64,000 nt of DNA from Actinomycetota bacterium. GTDB taxonomy: Bacteria; Actinomycetota; UBA4738. The notes beneath the pieces were generated by a model. It searched no databases. It was not told where the DNA came from and saw only the letters and a program-made list of their open reading frames with translations. Below are positions 8,724 to 18,494 of the stretch, piece after piece. The translations under genes were made by a program, and so were the position numbers. Each line of letters begins with the position of its first letter. Position 1 is the first letter of the stretch. The DNA is taken from NCBI GenBank assembly GCA_036406615.1, contig DASXAQ010000103.1, positions 71,202 through 135,201 on the forward strand. The letters are read 5' to 3'.

Positions 8724-10519
8724 TGCCCGAGTACGAGTCGCACGAGTTCGACGTCATCGTGGTGGGCGCCGGCGGCGCCGGGCTTCGGGCTGCCATCGAG
8801 GCGTCCGCACGGGGCGCGCGGACCGCGCTCATCTGCAAGTCGCTGCTCGGCAAGGCCCACACGGTCATGGCCGAGGGCGGCGTGGCCGCGGCGATGGGCA
8901 ACGTGTATCCGGAGGACAACTGGCAGGTCCACTTCCGCGACACGATGCGCGGCGGCAAGATGCTCAACAACTGGCGCATGGCGCAGCTCCACGCGCAGGA
9001 GGCGCCCGACCGGGTCTACGAGCTGGAGGACTGGGGCGCGCTGTTCGACCGAACGCCCGACGGCCGCATCCTCCAGCGAGACTTCGGCGGCCACCGGTAC
9101 GCCCGTCTGGCCCACGTCGGCGACCGCACCGGCCTGGAGATGATCCGCACGCTGCAGCAGCACGCCGTGCACAAGGGCATCGACGTGTTCATGGAGTGCA
9201 CGGTCGTCGGGCTGCTCAAGGACGGGGACCGCATCTCGGGCGCCCTCGCCTACTGGCGCGAGTCCGGGGCGTTCGTCGTGTTCCGAACCAAGGCGGTCGT
9301 GCTGGCCACCGGCGGGATCGGGAAGTGCTGGCGGATCACGTCGAACTCGTGGGAGTACACGGGCGACGGCCACGCGCTGGCGCTGTGGGCCGGGGCCGAC
9401 CTGATCGACATGGAGTTCGTCCAGTTCCATCCCACGGGGATGGTCTGGCCGCCGTCGGTCCGCGGCGTCCTGGTGACCGAAGGCGTGCGTGGCGAGGGCG
9501 GGGTGCTGCTCGACCAGTCCGGGCGGCGCTTCATGTTCGACTACATCCCCGAGATGTTTCGATCCGAGACGGCGGAGACCGAAGAGGAAGCCGATCGCTG
9601 GTACACGGACCGCAAAAACGCGCGGCGGACGCCCGACCTGCTGCCGCGCGACGAGGTGGCCCGGGCGATCAACGCGGAGGTCAAGGCGGGACGGGGAACG
9701 CCGCACGGCGGCGTGTACCTGGACATCGCCTCGCGCCAGCCGGCCGAGGTGATCGTCCGCAAGCTCCCGGGGATGTACCACCAGTTCAAGCAGCTGGCGG
9801 ACGTCGACATCACGAAGGAGCCGATGGAGATCGGCCCCACATGCCATTACGTCATGGGCGGTGTGCGCGTGGACCCGGACACCGCGGCCGCCACGGTGCC
9901 CGGGCTGTTCGCCGCCGGCGAGGTGGCCGCCGGCATGCACGGCGCGAACCGGCTGGGCGGCAACTCCCTTTCGGACCTGCTGGTCTTCGGCCGCCGCGCC
10001 GGCATCGGCGCCGCCGAGTACGCGCAGGGCGTGCAGGGGCAGCCCACGGTCGACGACGCGCAGGTCCAGGAGCTGGCGGACGGTGCGCTCGAGCCATTCG
10101 GGCGCGACCGTGGAGAGAACCCATATGCCCTGCACGAGGCCCTGCAGACGTGCATGCAGAACCTGGTGGGCATCATCCGCACCGAGGTGGAGTTGAAGCA
10201 GGCGCTCGAGGAGCTTTCGGACCTTGAGGAGCGCGCCGGGCGGGTCAGCGTCGAGGGCCACCGCCAGTTCAACCCGGGATGGCACCTGGCCCAGGACCTG
10301 CGTTGCATGCTGGCCGTCTCGCAGTGCACCGCCCGGGCGGCGCTGGAGCGGACCGAGAGCCGGGGCGGGCACACCCGAGACGACCACCCGAACACCGACC
10401 CGGAGCTGGCCAAGGTGAACGTGCGCCTCCGCTGGCGGCCCGGCGCCGTCGAGGTGGACCGGGTTCCGCTGCCGCAGATGCCCGACGACCTGCGAGCGCT
10501 GTTCGAGGAGACGACGTAG
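8723..10519 (+). CDS. sdhA: Succinate dehydrogenase / fumarate reductase flavoprotein subunit
   Basis: FAD-binding VIVVGAGGAGLRAA motif, a covalent-FAD His in SLLGKAHTVMAEGG, and the C-terminal fumarate reductase domain. The start is codon 75 of the track ORF. Confidence 0.92.
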   Translation: MPEYESHEFDVIVVGAGGAGLRAAIEASARGARTALICKSLLGKAHTVMAEGGVAAAMGNVYPEDNWQVHFRDTMRGGKMLNNWRMAQLHAQEAPDRVYELEDWGALFDRTPDGRILQRDFGGHRYARLAHVGDRTGLEMIRTLQQHAVHKGIDVFMECTVVGLLKDGDRISGALAYWRESGAFVVFRTKAVVLATGGIGKCWRITSNSWEYTGDGHALALWAGADLIDMEFVQFHPTGMVWPPSVRGVLVTEGVRGEGGVLLDQSGRRFMFDYIPEMFRSETAETEEEADRWYTDRKNARRTPDLLPRDEVARAINAEVKAGRGTPHGGVYLDIASRQPAEVIVRKLPGMYHQFKQLADVDITKEPMEIGPTCHYVMGGVRVDPDTAAATVPGLFAAGEVAAGMHGANRLGGNSLSDLLVFGRRAGIGAAEYAQGVQGQPTVDDAQVQELADGALEPFGRDRGENPYALHEALQTCMQNLVGIIRTEVELKQALEELSDLEERAGRVSVEGHRQFNPGWHLAQDLRCMLAVSQCTARAALERTESRGGHTRDDHPNTDPELAKVNVRLRWRPGAVEVDRVPLPQMPDDLRALFEETT

Positions 10520-11275
10520 ATGGGATCTCGAATCACGATGCGCATCTGGCGCGGCGACGCCGAGGGGGGCGAGTTCCGCGACTTCATCGCCACGGCCGAG
10601 GAGGGCGAGGTCGTCCTCGACGTGGTGCACCGTATCCAGGCCACCCAGGCGGGCGACCTGGCGGTCCGCTGGAACTGCAAGGCCGGGCGGTGCGGCTCGT
10701 GCAGCGCCGAGGTCAACGGCGTCCCCAGGCTGATGTGCATGACGAGGATGAACCTGTTCGCCGAGGGCGAACCGATCACGGTCGGGCCCATGAAGACGTT
10801 CCCGGTGGTCAAGGACCTGGTGACCGACGTCTCGTTCAACTTCGAGATGGCCCGGCGGGTCCCGGCGCTCGAGCCCAGGCCGAAGGACCCCGTGACGGAG
10901 GCGGACGGGCACTACCGCATGCAGCAGGTCGACATCAACCGGGTTCAGGAGTTCCGCCGCTGCATCGAATGCTTCCTGTGCCAGAACGTGTGCCACGTCA
11001 TCCGCGACCACGACGAGAACAAGCGCAACTTCGCCGGCCCGCGCTTCATGGTGCGGTTGGCCGAGTTGAGCATGCATCCCCTGGACACACGCCGGCGCGC
11101 GCCGATGGGCGTGGGCTACTGCAACATCACGAAGTGCTGCACCGAGGTGTGTCCGGAGGACATCCACATCACCGACAACGCCATCATCCCGTTGAAGGAG
11201 CGCCAGGCCGACGTCAAGTACGACCCGCTTCGGCGCCTCGTGCGCCGGCTGCGAGGCGGCGCCAAGAAGTCCTGA
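10520..11275 (+). CDS. sdhB: Succinate dehydrogenase iron-sulfur subunit
   Basis: CKAGRCGSCSAEVNG (2Fe-2S), CIECFLCQNVC and CNITKCCTEVCP cluster motifs. TAGATG junction with sdhA. Confidence 0.9.
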   Translation: MGSRITMRIWRGDAEGGEFRDFIATAEEGEVVLDVVHRIQATQAGDLAVRWNCKAGRCGSCSAEVNGVPRLMCMTRMNLFAEGEPITVGPMKTFPVVKDLVTDVSFNFEMARRVPALEPRPKDPVTEADGHYRMQQVDINRVQEFRRCIECFLCQNVCHVIRDHDENKRNFAGPRFMVRLAELSMHPLDTRRRAPMGVGYCNITKCCTEVCPEDIHITDNAIIPLKERQADVKYDPLRRLVRRLRGGAKKS

Positions 11276-12730
11276 TCACGGCGGCGTCGAGGCCGGCCCT
11301 GGCCTGGGGCGCGGTCGAAGGACCACGGGCGGCCGTGGACGCTGGGAGAAGTCGAAGTCCGAGACCAGGTTCCCCAGGATCGAGGCGTTCTCGCGAACGT
11401 CCGGACGGGAGTCGGGACGTCCGTCGGTGCTGGGATCGAGCCGCTGGCCGTGCAGGAAGTCGTCCTCGATGAACTTGAGGTACGCGTCGAAGCTGAGCGT
11501 CTGGTGGTCGATGTACCCGCGGCGGGCGTACGGACTGATCACCAGGCCCGGCACCCGGATCCCGTAGCCGGCCGCGTCGACCGCCGGTGGGGGCACATGG
11601 TCGAAGAACCCGCCCCAGTCGTCCCACGACAGCAGGATCGCCGAGCTGCTCCAGTCGGGACTTCGCATCACCGCGTCGATCACCCGGGTCACGTACGCCT
11701 GACCGTTCTCGATGTTCGCAGGAGGGTGCTCGCTGTTGCGCCCGTTCGGCACCATCCACGACACGGCAGGGAGCGTCCCTCGGCGCGCCTCGTCGAAGAA
11801 CGTGCGTTCCCGCAGCACGTTCTGGATCTGGCCGTCCTCGTGCACGTCCTCGAAGTAGGGGAGGGGGTTCCAGATGCTCGGCGTGTCGACGAGCTGCTTG
11901 CCCTCTTTGCAGAACATCGCGCCGTTCATGCAATCGGGCTGCGTTCCCTGCGACACGAAGTACGACCAGCTGACGTCGTACTTGTGCAGCAGGTAGGTCA
12001 GGTCCGTCCACGGGTAGACCGGAACCTTCTCGTGACCGGGCCCGCGGCCCGGGTCCTGGACGTTGGTCGTACAGCGCATCGGGTCGGTGGGCGGAACGCA
12101 GCGAGCCGACCACCCGGAGACCAGGTACAGATGCGCCGGCTCGCTCCATCCAACGGTCGAGGAGAACAGGTGGTCCTGCAGGACGAAGTCGTTGGCCCAG
12201 CGCCAGTAGTTGGGGATCTCCCGAGCGTCGTGGTACCCCATGACGTCGATCCCGCCCTTCAGTCCCCGGCAGGCCGCGTCGAACACCTGCAGGCAGCCGG
12301 CGACCGCGCCGTCCGCCTGCCGGACGAACCCGTTCATGCGCCCGCCGTCGATGTCGCGGATCGCGTCGATCGCCCGGTGCGGGCCGCCGGAGTCCACCGG
12401 CGAGCGGTCGTGATACGGGCGCAGGCAGGCACCCGCGCCCGCATCCGGGTCCGGCAGGCAGGGCTCTGCCGCGCCTCGCGGGATGCCGTCGGCGCCGGGA
12501 AAGGTCCCGAAGTAGGAGTCGAAGGAACGGTTCTCCTGCATCACGACGATGACGTGGCGGATCTTGTGGATGCCGCCCGGGATCCGGTCGGCCGTACCGC
12601 CTGGGACCCCGGCATTCGCTGAGGGGCGCGTGCTGCCGCTCGCGGCGGTGCAGGCGGAGGCGACGAGCGCGATGCAGACGATCAGTCCGAGCAGGCCGGC
12701 CGCCCGCACGCGGCTCGCGTTCGCGCGCAT
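11276..12730 (-). CDS. Secreted phosphoesterase, phospholipase C / AcpA family (paralog of 5586..7028)
   Basis: [17 protein letters not shown] motif. Signal peptide [27 protein letters not shown]. The start is codon 123 of track ORF 11276..13096 (the N-terminal extension is an artefact). Confidence 0.8.
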   Translation of the reverse strand: MRANASRVRAAGLLGLIVCIALVASACTAASGSTRPSANAGVPGGTADRIPGGIHKIRHVIVVMQENRSFDSYFGTFPGADGIPRGAAEPCLPDPDAGAGACLRPYHDRSPVDSGGPHRAIDAIRDIDGGRMNGFVRQADGAVAGCLQVFDAACRGLKGGIDVMGYHDAREIPNYWRWANDFVLQDHLFSSTVGWSEPAHLYLVSGWSARCVPPTDPMRCTTNVQDPGRGPGHEKVPVYPWTDLTYLLHKYDVSWSYFVSQGTQPDCMNGAMFCKEGKQLVDTPSIWNPLPYFEDVHEDGQIQNVLRERTFFDEARRGTLPAVSWMVPNGRNSEHPPANIENGQAYVTRVIDAVMRSPDWSSSAILLSWDDWGGFFDHVPPPAVDAAGYGIRVPGLVISPYARRGYIDHQTLSFDAYLKFIEDDFLHGQRLDPSTDGRPDSRPDVRENASILGNLVSDFDFSQRPRPPVVLRPRPRPGPASTPP

Positions 12731-12782
12731 CGCCCCGGGATTCGCCGCGACCGAGGGCGCGGGTTGTTGAGAGGGTGTGGAT

Positions 12783-13457
12783 TCAGCCGGGCAGCCGCAG
12801 GGCGACCAGGACCCCGTCGCGGATCGGCAAGATCGTCGACAGGTAGCCCCGGTCCGCGGTGACGGCGCGGTTGTGGCGCTCGATCGCCTGAGTGAGTTGC
12901 GGGCGCGGGTCGGGCTCGTCGGTGGTGCCGGCGACGCGGCCGTACCACAGCGTGTTGTCGCAGACGTACAGGCCGCCGGGTCGCACGCGCTCGCGCGCGG
13001 CCGCCCACGCGTCGGGATATCCCTGCTTGTCGATGTCGCAGTAGACGATGTCGAATTCGCCCTCCACGGCGGCCAACGCCTCCAGTGCGTCGCCAACGTG
13101 GTACACGACCGGGCCCGCCAGCCCGGCCCGTCCCAGGTAATCCATGGCGCGGTCCCGGTTGGCCGGGTCGGCGTCGGTCAGGTGCAGCTCGCCACCGGGC
13201 CCGACGGCTCGCGAGAACCAGTAGCCCGAGTAGCCGTAGCCCGACCCCAGCTCGAAGACCCGACGGGCCGAGACCGCGCGCGCGAGCTGCTCCAGCGACA
13301 CGCCGACCGCCCGCTCCACGATCGGGAAGTCGCTTCGCCGCGCCTCCTCCTCCATCTCGAGCAGCACGGGCTCGTCGTAGCGGTCGAGCAGCGACCGGAC
13401 GTAGTCTTCGGCCTTCGGATGGATCGTGGAGAACACGCGCGACCTCCTGCGGCCCAT
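12783..13457 (-). CDS. Class I SAM-dependent O-methyltransferase (caffeoyl-CoA OMT-like)
   Basis: [15 protein letters not shown] (SAM motif I) and [13 protein letters not shown] motifs. Start codon 37 (ATG) of the track ORF. Confidence 0.8.
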   Translation of the reverse strand: MGRRRSRVFSTIHPKAEDYVRSLLDRYDEPVLLEMEEEARRSDFPIVERAVGVSLEQLARAVSARRVFELGSGYGYSGYWFSRAVGPGGELHLTDADPANRDRAMDYLGRAGLAGPVVYHVGDALEALAAVEGEFDIVYCDIDKQGYPDAWAAARERVRPGGLYVCDNTLWYGRVAGTTDEPDPRPQLTQAIERHNRAVTADRGYLSTILPIRDGVLVALRLPG

Positions 13458-13486
13458 CCTACGTGCGCCGGGGGAGAATCTGTCGC

Positions 13487-15229
13487 GTGAGCTCGGGCGC
13501 CGATCGCGCGAGGCGGCTGGCGCCGCTGGTGCCGGTTGCCGCGCTCCTGGTCGCCGGCGCCGCATGCCCGGCCTTGCCGCCGCGGCGCCCCGTCCCCCCG
13601 CCGGTGCACGCGGTCGTCGGCGCCAACGTCCGCGTGACCGGCGACCGGTCGGGGTCCTACGCGGCGGCCGAGGGCAAGTCCGACGCCGTCACCCGAGGGT
13701 GTGGCAACGCCCGGCTTCCGCAGAACGAGCCCACGGTGGCCGTCGATCCCCGGGCCCCGAACGTGGTGGTCGCCGGCGCGAACGACCTGTGCGGCCTGGC
13801 GGGCGGCATGCGCGGACCGTGGGTGGGCTATTACCGCTCGGTGGACGGCGGCCGGACGTGGGCCGACAGCCTGGTGCCCGGCTACCCGGGCGACCTGGCG
13901 CCGCCGGGCGCGTCGCTGCCGGCCGGGGCCGACTGCACGGGGGCCTCCGATCCCACGGTGGCGTTCGACAACGCGGGTCGCGTGTTCTTCGGCTTCATCT
14001 GCTTCGACCCCAAGGGCCACAACGAGGGCCTGGCGATCGTGTCGACGTGGGATGCCGACGGCGCGCACTTCGTCGGCAGCGCGCTGGCGGGCGGCGCCCC
14101 GCCGGAGGGATCGGGCGGATCGAACGAGGACAAGATCGACCTCACCGTGGATCGAAGCGGCGGGCCGCGCGACGGCACCGTATATGTCGCGTACGCGCAG
14201 TTCGACGAGCACGGAGACAGCACGATCATGGTGACGAGCTCCCCGGACCACGGCCGTTCGTTCTCCGCTCCCGTGCAGGCCTCGTCGGAGATCGGCCAGT
14301 TCGCCGACCTGTCGGTCGCGCCCGACGGCGACCTGTACCTCGCCTACCGATCCTTCACGGGCGCGTTCGACGAAGGCGGCGACGAGGGCGGACTCGGCGG
14401 GGAGGGCGAGGGGGGAGACGACGATCGCGACCCGATCGAGCTCGCGCGCTCGGGCGACGGCGGCGCGACGTTCGCGCCGCCCACGACCATCGCCACGGGG
14501 ACGCCGTTCGACTCCGAGGGCTTCAGCGGCACGACGCACCGGCGCGACTGCGGGGACGGGCACGACGCCTGCTCCTCGGGCTTCACGTTTCCGCGGTTCG
14601 TCAGCTTCCCCGCGGTGGTCGCGGACGGGACCGGGGTCCACGTGATCTGGAACGCGGAGCTGGGCTCCGGCCAGTCGAAGGTGTTCGTGCGCAACTCGGC
14701 GGACGGCGCGCACTGGAAGTCGCCGCCCGTCCAGATCGATGACGAGACCGTGGGCCACCAGTTCTTCCCGGCGATCGCCTCGGCCGGCGGGATCCTGACG
14801 GCCGCGTTCTACGACACGCGATCCGACGCCTCCTACTCGCCCGCACGGCCGCCCTGCAACACGGCCGGCGGGACCAACCCCGGGCCGTGCGTGGACGTCT
14901 ACGCCGCTCACTCGGCCGACGGCGGGCGCACGTGGACCGAAGAGCGCGTCACGTCCGCGTCGGGCAACACGAACTGGGAGATCGACGACGGCTTCCGGGT
15001 TCCCTTCATCGGCGACTACATCGGGGTGGCGGCGACCCCGGGCCGCGCGATCGTCGTGTGGACGGACTCGCGCGACATCGTGCCGGGCCGCGACCCGGAC
15101 GAGCACGGTGACCGCGACGATCACGACGGGTTCGATGTCGACCTGGCGTCCTGTTCGTTGATCGGTCGCGCGTGCCTGTTCAAGGGCGGCCTGGACCAGA
15201 ACGTCTACGGCGCTGCCCTGCGATCCTGA
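13487..15229 (+). CDS. Secreted BNR-repeat (sialidase/glycosyl-hydrolase-like) protein with acidic Gly/Asp/Glu-rich insert
   Basis: Four S-x-D-x-G-x-T-W/F BNR repeats ([32 protein letters not shown]). Signal peptide [20 protein letters not shown] after the GTG at codon 135 of the track ORF. SD GGGGGAGA at 13470-13477. Confidence 0.65.
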   Translation: MSSGADRARRLAPLVPVAALLVAGAACPALPPRRPVPPPVHAVVGANVRVTGDRSGSYAAAEGKSDAVTRGCGNARLPQNEPTVAVDPRAPNVVVAGANDLCGLAGGMRGPWVGYYRSVDGGRTWADSLVPGYPGDLAPPGASLPAGADCTGASDPTVAFDNAGRVFFGFICFDPKGHNEGLAIVSTWDADGAHFVGSALAGGAPPEGSGGSNEDKIDLTVDRSGGPRDGTVYVAYAQFDEHGDSTIMVTSSPDHGRSFSAPVQASSEIGQFADLSVAPDGDLYLAYRSFTGAFDEGGDEGGLGGEGEGGDDDRDPIELARSGDGGATFAPPTTIATGTPFDSEGFSGTTHRRDCGDGHDACSSGFTFPRFVSFPAVVADGTGVHVIWNAELGSGQSKVFVRNSADGAHWKSPPVQIDDETVGHQFFPAIASAGGILTAAFYDTRSDASYSPARPPCNTAGGTNPGPCVDVYAAHSADGGRTWTEERVTSASGNTNWEIDDGFRVPFIGDYIGVAATPGRAIVVWTDSRDIVPGRDPDEHGDRDDHDGFDVDLASCSLIGRACLFKGGLDQNVYGAALRS

Positions 15230-15246
15230 GCGGTAGGCTGGCGCCG

Positions 15247-16842
15247 ATGGGACACGACGCGCGCGACGAACGCCGCGCCACCGACTCCGGGATCGAGGTC
15301 CGACCCCTCTACACGCCGTCCGACCTGCCGGGGTTCGATCCCGAGCGTTCGCTGGGCCGGCCCGGCCGTCCGCCGTTCACGCGGGGTGTGTACGGGTCCA
15401 TGTACCGCGGGCGCGTGTGGACGATGCGCCAGTACGCCGGCATGGGCACCGCCGCGGAGACGAACGCGAGGTTCCGCTACCTGCTGGAGCGCGGGCAGAC
15501 CGGCCTGTCCATCGCGTTCGACCTGCCGACGCAGATGGGCTATGACTCGGACCACCCGCGCGCCGAGGGCGAGGTCGGCAAGACCGGCGTGGCGATCGAC
15601 AGCATCGACGACATGCGCCGGCTGCTCGATGGCATCCCGCTCGAGAACGTGACGACGTCGATGACGATCAACGCCACTGCGCCGGTCCTGCTGCTGCTGT
15701 ACGAGCTGGTGGCTGAGGAACAGGGCGTGGCCGCCGCGGCGCTCGGCGGAACCGTGCAGAACGACCTGCTGAAGGAGTATGCGGCGCGCGGCACGTACAT
15801 CTACCCGCCGAAGCCGTCGATGCGGATCATCACCGACCTGTTCGCCTACTGCCGCGAGCGGATGCCGAAGTGGAACACGATCTCGATCTCCGGGTACCAC
15901 ATGCGGGAGGCGGGAGCGACCGCCGTGCAGGAGGTGGCGTTCACGCTGTCGAACGCGATCTCGTACGTGCGCGCGGCCGTGGACGCCGGGCTGGCCGTCG
16001 ACGAGTTCGCCCCACGATTGTCGTTCTTCTTCGCGTGCCATCAGAACTTCTTCGAGGAAGTCGCCAAGTTCCGGGCGGCGCGGCGGATGTGGCACCGCAT
16101 CATGACCGAACGGTTCGGCGCGACGGACCCGCGCAGCGCGATGCTGCGGTTCCACACGCAGACGGGCGGCGCGACGCTGACCGCCCAGCAGCCAGAGAAC
16201 AACATCGTGCGCACGGCGCTGGAGGCCCTGGCGGCCGTGCTCGGCGGTACGCAATCGCTGCACACCAACTCGTTCGACGAGGCGCTGTCGCTGCCGACCG
16301 AGCGCGCCGCGACGATCGCGCTTCGCACGCAGCAGGTGATGGCCTTCGAGACGGGCGTGGCCGACACCGTCGATCCGCTCGGGGGCGCGTACTTCGTCGA
16401 GGCGCTCACCGACGAGGTCGAGGCGCGCGCGTGGGAGTACGTCGACAAGATCGACGGGATGGGCGGCAGCGTGGCGGCGATCGAGGCCTGGTGGATCCAG
16501 GACGAGATCGCCGAGTCGGCGTTCCGGATCCAGCAGGCGGTGGAGTCGGGCGAGCGCGTCGTCGTGGGCGTCAACCGGTTCGAGGAGTCCGGCGCCGCGC
16601 CTCCGGAGCTGCAGCGGATCGACGAGTCGGAGGTGGCGTCGCAGGTCGAACGCGTGCGCGCGCTTCGGGCCGCGCGCGACCAGGCGGCCGTGGACGCCGC
16701 CCTGGCACAGATCGCCGACGCCGCGAGAGGCGCGGGCAACCTGCTGATCCCCATGCGAGAGGCGTTGCGGGCCAGGGCGACGCTCGGCGAGGTCTCGGAC
16801 GCGCTTCGGGCCGTGTTCGGCACCCACGACCCCGGCCGCTGA
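15247..16842 (+). CDS. Methylmalonyl-CoA mutase-family large (catalytic) subunit lacking the C-terminal B12-binding domain
   Basis: Matches the MCM TIM-barrel domain ([49 protein letters not shown]). Length is 531 aa and there is no DxHxxG B12 domain. The start is codon 26 of the track ORF. Confidence 0.85.
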   Translation: MGHDARDERRATDSGIEVRPLYTPSDLPGFDPERSLGRPGRPPFTRGVYGSMYRGRVWTMRQYAGMGTAAETNARFRYLLERGQTGLSIAFDLPTQMGYDSDHPRAEGEVGKTGVAIDSIDDMRRLLDGIPLENVTTSMTINATAPVLLLLYELVAEEQGVAAAALGGTVQNDLLKEYAARGTYIYPPKPSMRIITDLFAYCRERMPKWNTISISGYHMREAGATAVQEVAFTLSNAISYVRAAVDAGLAVDEFAPRLSFFFACHQNFFEEVAKFRAARRMWHRIMTERFGATDPRSAMLRFHTQTGGATLTAQQPENNIVRTALEALAAVLGGTQSLHTNSFDEALSLPTERAATIALRTQQVMAFETGVADTVDPLGGAYFVEALTDEVEARAWEYVDKIDGMGGSVAAIEAWWIQDEIAESAFRIQQAVESGERVVVGVNRFEESGAAPPELQRIDESEVASQVERVRALRAARDQAAVDAALAQIADAARGAGNLLIPMREALRARATLGEVSDALRAVFGTHDPGR

Positions 16843-16900
16843 TCCCCGGCGATCGATTCGCAGCCCCCGGTCCGGGCCGCCCCTGTAGTCTCTGCACCCG

Positions 16901-17620
16901 ATGGCGATCGCGATCGTGGGCGGGACCGGGGATGAGGGCTTCGGCCTGGCGCTTCGGCTGGCCCGTGCCGGCGAGGACGTGATCATCGGCTCCCGGGCAC
17001 AGGACCGTGCCGCCGCCGCCGCGCAGAAGGCCGAGGGGATCCTGGGTTCGGACGTCACGGTCCGCGGCATGGAGAACCCCGAGGCCGTCGCCGGGGCCGA
17101 GGTCGTGTTCGTCACGGTCCCGTTCGGCGGCCAGGCCGACACGTACCGGGGGCTGAAGGACGCATGGCCGGCCGGGACGGTCATCTGCGACTGCACCTCG
17201 CCGCTGGCCACGGCCGTCGGCGGCCGCGCGTGGCAGGTCATCACGCCGTGGCACGGCTCGGCGGCCGAACAGGCCAAGGCCCTGCTGCCACCGGGCGCCC
17301 GGCTCGTGTCCGGGTTCCAAACCGTGTCCGGCGAGGCGCTGCAGGAGCTCGACCGCCCGATGCAGGGCGACGTGCTGCTGTGCGGCGCCGAGGCCGAGGC
17401 CAAGGCGACGGTCGGGGCGCTGGTCGAACGGATCCCCGAGCTGCACTGGGTCGACGGCGGGCCGCTGTCGATGGCCCGCATCGTGGAGACGTTCACCGCG
17501 GTGCTCGTGCAGGTCAACCGCAACTACGGCATCCGCGAGACGGGGGTCGCGTTCACCGGCCGCGAAGCGTGGGGCGCGCCGCCGCCGAAGCAGGCCCGTG
17601 GCGGGGGAGCGGATGCATAG
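16901..17620 (+). CDS. fno: NADPH-dependent F420 reductase (Fno/NpdG family)
   Basis: MAIAIVGGTGDEGFGLALRLARAGEDVIIGSR N-terminus is typical of Fno. Length 239 aa. Confidence 0.8.
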   Translation: MAIAIVGGTGDEGFGLALRLARAGEDVIIGSRAQDRAAAAAQKAEGILGSDVTVRGMENPEAVAGAEVVFVTVPFGGQADTYRGLKDAWPAGTVICDCTSPLATAVGGRAWQVITPWHGSAAEQAKALLPPGARLVSGFQTVSGEALQELDRPMQGDVLLCGAEAEAKATVGALVERIPELHWVDGGPLSMARIVETFTAVLVQVNRNYGIRETGVAFTGREAWGAPPPKQARGGGADA

Positions 17621-18488
17621 GGAAGGCCGGCTGGTCGACCTTCCCGACGCTCGGCTGCACATCCTGGACAGCGGTCAACACGACGGCTATCCGTTGTTCG
17701 CGCTGCACGGCGGCCCCGGCTTGGATCACCACGAGTTCGGCGACTACCTGGACCCGCTCACCGATCGCGGCGTCCGGCTGATCCTGGTCGACCAGCGATC
17801 GCAGGGCCGCTCGCCGGCGACGCCCGAGTCGACGTGGACGCTGGAGAAGATGGCGGACGACATCTGCTTCCTGGCGCAGGCGCTCGGATTGGACCGGTAC
17901 GCGGTGCTCGGGCACTCGTTCGGTGCGTTCGTCGCGCTGCAGCAGGCGGTCGACTTCCCGGGGATGGCGACCCAGACGATCGTGTCCGGCGGGGTGCCTT
18001 CGTCCTCGTATCTGGCTGCGGTGGAGGCCAATCTGGCGGCGATCGAGCCTGCGGAGCTTCGCGAGCGCATCGCGGCATCGTGGGAACGCGAGGCGTCGGC
18101 GCAAACGTCCGACGACGTGCTCGAGCTGTTGCACGACCAGCTCCTGTTCTTCTTCGCCGACCTGAAGGACCCCCGCGCCGAGGCATACTTCGATCAGTGG
18201 CTGACGAAGGGCGTGTACGCGCCCGACGTCCTGCGCTCGTTCGCGGTGCGCGACTACGGCGGGATCGAGGTTGCGGACCGCCTCGGCGACGTGCCGCAGC
18301 GCGTGCTGGTCCTGACCGGGCGCCACGACCGAGTGTGCACGGTCGAAGCGGCCGAGGCGATCGCCAACGGCGTGCCGAACGGCGAGCTCGTGGTGTTCGA
18401 GGCAAGCGGTCACTCGGCGTTCATCGAGGAGCACGACGCGTACGTGGACGCCGTCGCCGAGTTCCTGGATCGAACCTCGCCCCGGTAA
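17613..18488 (+). CDS. Alpha/beta hydrolase (proline iminopeptidase-like)
   Basis: HGGPG oxyanion motif, GHSFG nucleophile elbow and a C-terminal GHSAF segment. It overlaps the fno stop by 8 nt. Confidence 0.75.
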   Translation: MHREGRLVDLPDARLHILDSGQHDGYPLFALHGGPGLDHHEFGDYLDPLTDRGVRLILVDQRSQGRSPATPESTWTLEKMADDICFLAQALGLDRYAVLGHSFGAFVALQQAVDFPGMATQTIVSGGVPSSSYLAAVEANLAAIEPAELRERIAASWEREASAQTSDDVLELLHDQLLFFFADLKDPRAEAYFDQWLTKGVYAPDVLRSFAVRDYGGIEVADRLGDVPQRVLVLTGRHDRVCTVEAAEAIANGVPNGELVVFEASGHSAFIEEHDAYVDAVAEFLDRTSPR

Positions 18489-18494
18489 GGGCGG

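Noticed and set aside
8582-11167. 861-aa antisense ORF over sdhA/sdhB, and similar long antisense ORFs (15205..17523, 40493..43342, 34508..35581, 63003..63884)
   Set aside because: These are GC-frame artefacts opposite well-supported genes. They show no motifs and are Arg/Pro/Gly-rich.
15247-16842. Mutase gene as a truncated pseudogene
   Set aside because: It ends with a clean stop after the complete barrel domain and is followed by a well-spaced intact gene. Split mutases with separate B12 subunits are an established arrangement.
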